From positions 1,950,001 to 1,982,000 of the forward strand of contig NZ_CP042911.1 in assembly GCF_008065095.1 (NCBI RefSeq): a stretch of DNA of 32,000 nucleotides, read 5' to 3'. Positions 31,510 to 32,000 of the stretch are shown piece after piece. The stretch comes from Gemmata obscuriglobus (GTDB lineage Bacteria > Planctomycetota > Planctomycetia > Gemmatales > Gemmataceae). A model generated the notes under the pieces. That model saw only the letters and a program-made list of their open reading frames with translations. It ran no database searches and was not told the DNA's origin. Made by a program: the position numbers and the translations under genes. Position 1 is the first letter of the stretch. Each line of letters starts with the position of its first letter.

Positions 31510-32000
31510 TTATTCTTTCGCCTCTTCCGGCACCGCGCCGGGTGGGAGCAACTCGGGGGAGAGTACCTTCATCAGCTTCTGGCGGGCCTTGAACACCCGC
31601 CACCGGGCCGTTTCCTCGGTCGTGTTGAGCACCTTCGCCACCTCGCGGAACGACAGCCCCTCCTCGACCCGGAGCAGCAGGGCGGCCCGGAAATCGGACG
31701 GCAGGTCCGCGACCGCTCGGCTCACCACCTCCAGCGCCTCGCGGTTCTCCGCGGCGCTCTCGGCCGAGTTCCCTTCCGACGCCGGCGCGGGCGTCTCGTC
31801 GGACAGTTGGTGCTTTGTGCGCCGCTCGGACCGCTTCTGGTTCACGAAGTTGTTGTGCCCGATGCGGAACACCCACGCCCGGAAGTTGCTGCCCGGCCGG
31901 AACGATTTCACCGCGGCCAGCGCCCGCAGGAACGTTTCCTGGGTCAGGTCCTCGGCGGTGTGCCGGTCGCGGGTCAGGTGGTACAGCCAGCGGTATAGCC
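31510..32000 (-). CDS. ECF-type RNA polymerase sigma-70 family factor (5' end beyond the window)
   Basis: Region 2 is DRHTAEDLTQETFLRALAAVKSFRPGSNFRAWVFRIGHNNFVN. Region 4 is LPSDFRAALLLRVEEGLSFREVAKVLNTTEETARWRVFKARQKL. The frame stays open to position 32000. Confidence 0.85.
   Translation of the reverse strand, partial: LYRWLYHLTRDRHTAEDLTQETFLRALAAVKSFRPGSNFRAWVFRIGHNNFVNQKRSERRTKHQLSDETPAPASEGNSAESAAENREALEVVSRAVADLPSDFRAALLLRVEEGLSFREVAKVLNTTEETARWRVFKARQKLMKVLSPELLPPGAVPEEAKE

Noticed and set aside
1-32000. I looked for tRNA, rRNA or tmRNA genes, which could have served as alternative integration targets for the island.
   Set aside because: I found no cloverleaf-like T-arm or anticodon-arm signatures (for example a GGTTCGAATCC-type T-loop) while reading the intergenic regions. 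The absence cannot be proven without tRNAscan-SE or Infernal.

Overview
High-GC bacterial chromosomal segment. I infer a Planctomycetota (Gemmata-like) origin from three things: an FhcB/FwdB-type C1 gene, DUF4394/Calx-beta/FG-GAP surface proteins that start with an LEDRxTPA motif, and very GC-rich third codon positions. Many long ORFs in the track are antisense artefacts of the GC content. The gene order I can support is as follows. A small Cys-rich protein and a secreted Tyr/Gly-rich peptide (68-784, -). A CrtI-like FAD oxidoreductase (950-2365, +). A formylmethanofuran dehydrogenase subunit B-like gene with an in-frame palindromic insertion (2415-3785, +). A small secreted protein, a D-threonine-aldolase-type PLP enzyme, a GNAT acetyltransferase and a Tat-signal prenyltransferase-repeat protein (3802-7634). 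A repeat-rich intergenic zone (7683-8013). PaiB and a tRNA-dihydrouridine synthase (8786-10374). A 5.5-kb insertion (about 10.8-16.3 kb). The class I ribonucleotide reductase genes nrdB and nrdA, preceded by a cobalamin riboswitch (16285-20590, -). A TauE/SafE permease, a coiled-coil membrane protein, two tandem giant DUF4394 surface proteins, RdgB, and an ECF sigma / anti-sigma / secreted-protein operon that runs off the right edge. The stand-out feature lies immediately downstream of nrdB. Eight single-ORF cassettes, all on the minus strand, are separated by eight roughly 80-95-bp imperfect palindromes, with a lone half-core at the promoter-proximal junction. The palindromes have an integron attC-like architecture (GCCGAAC...GTTCGGC cores, an unpaired spacer, a bulged inner box and a variable apex). 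No integrase is present in the window. The whole block is bracketed by a diverged direct duplication of the last 240 bp or so of nrdB, which looks like a Campbell-type insertion of a cassette-array element into nrdB. A second notable element is a roughly 220-bp dispersed repeat carrying a 28-bp-arm palindrome built from ACAGGAT heptads. It is tandemly duplicated in the nrdA-nrdB spacer and has a third copy at 7.7 kb.
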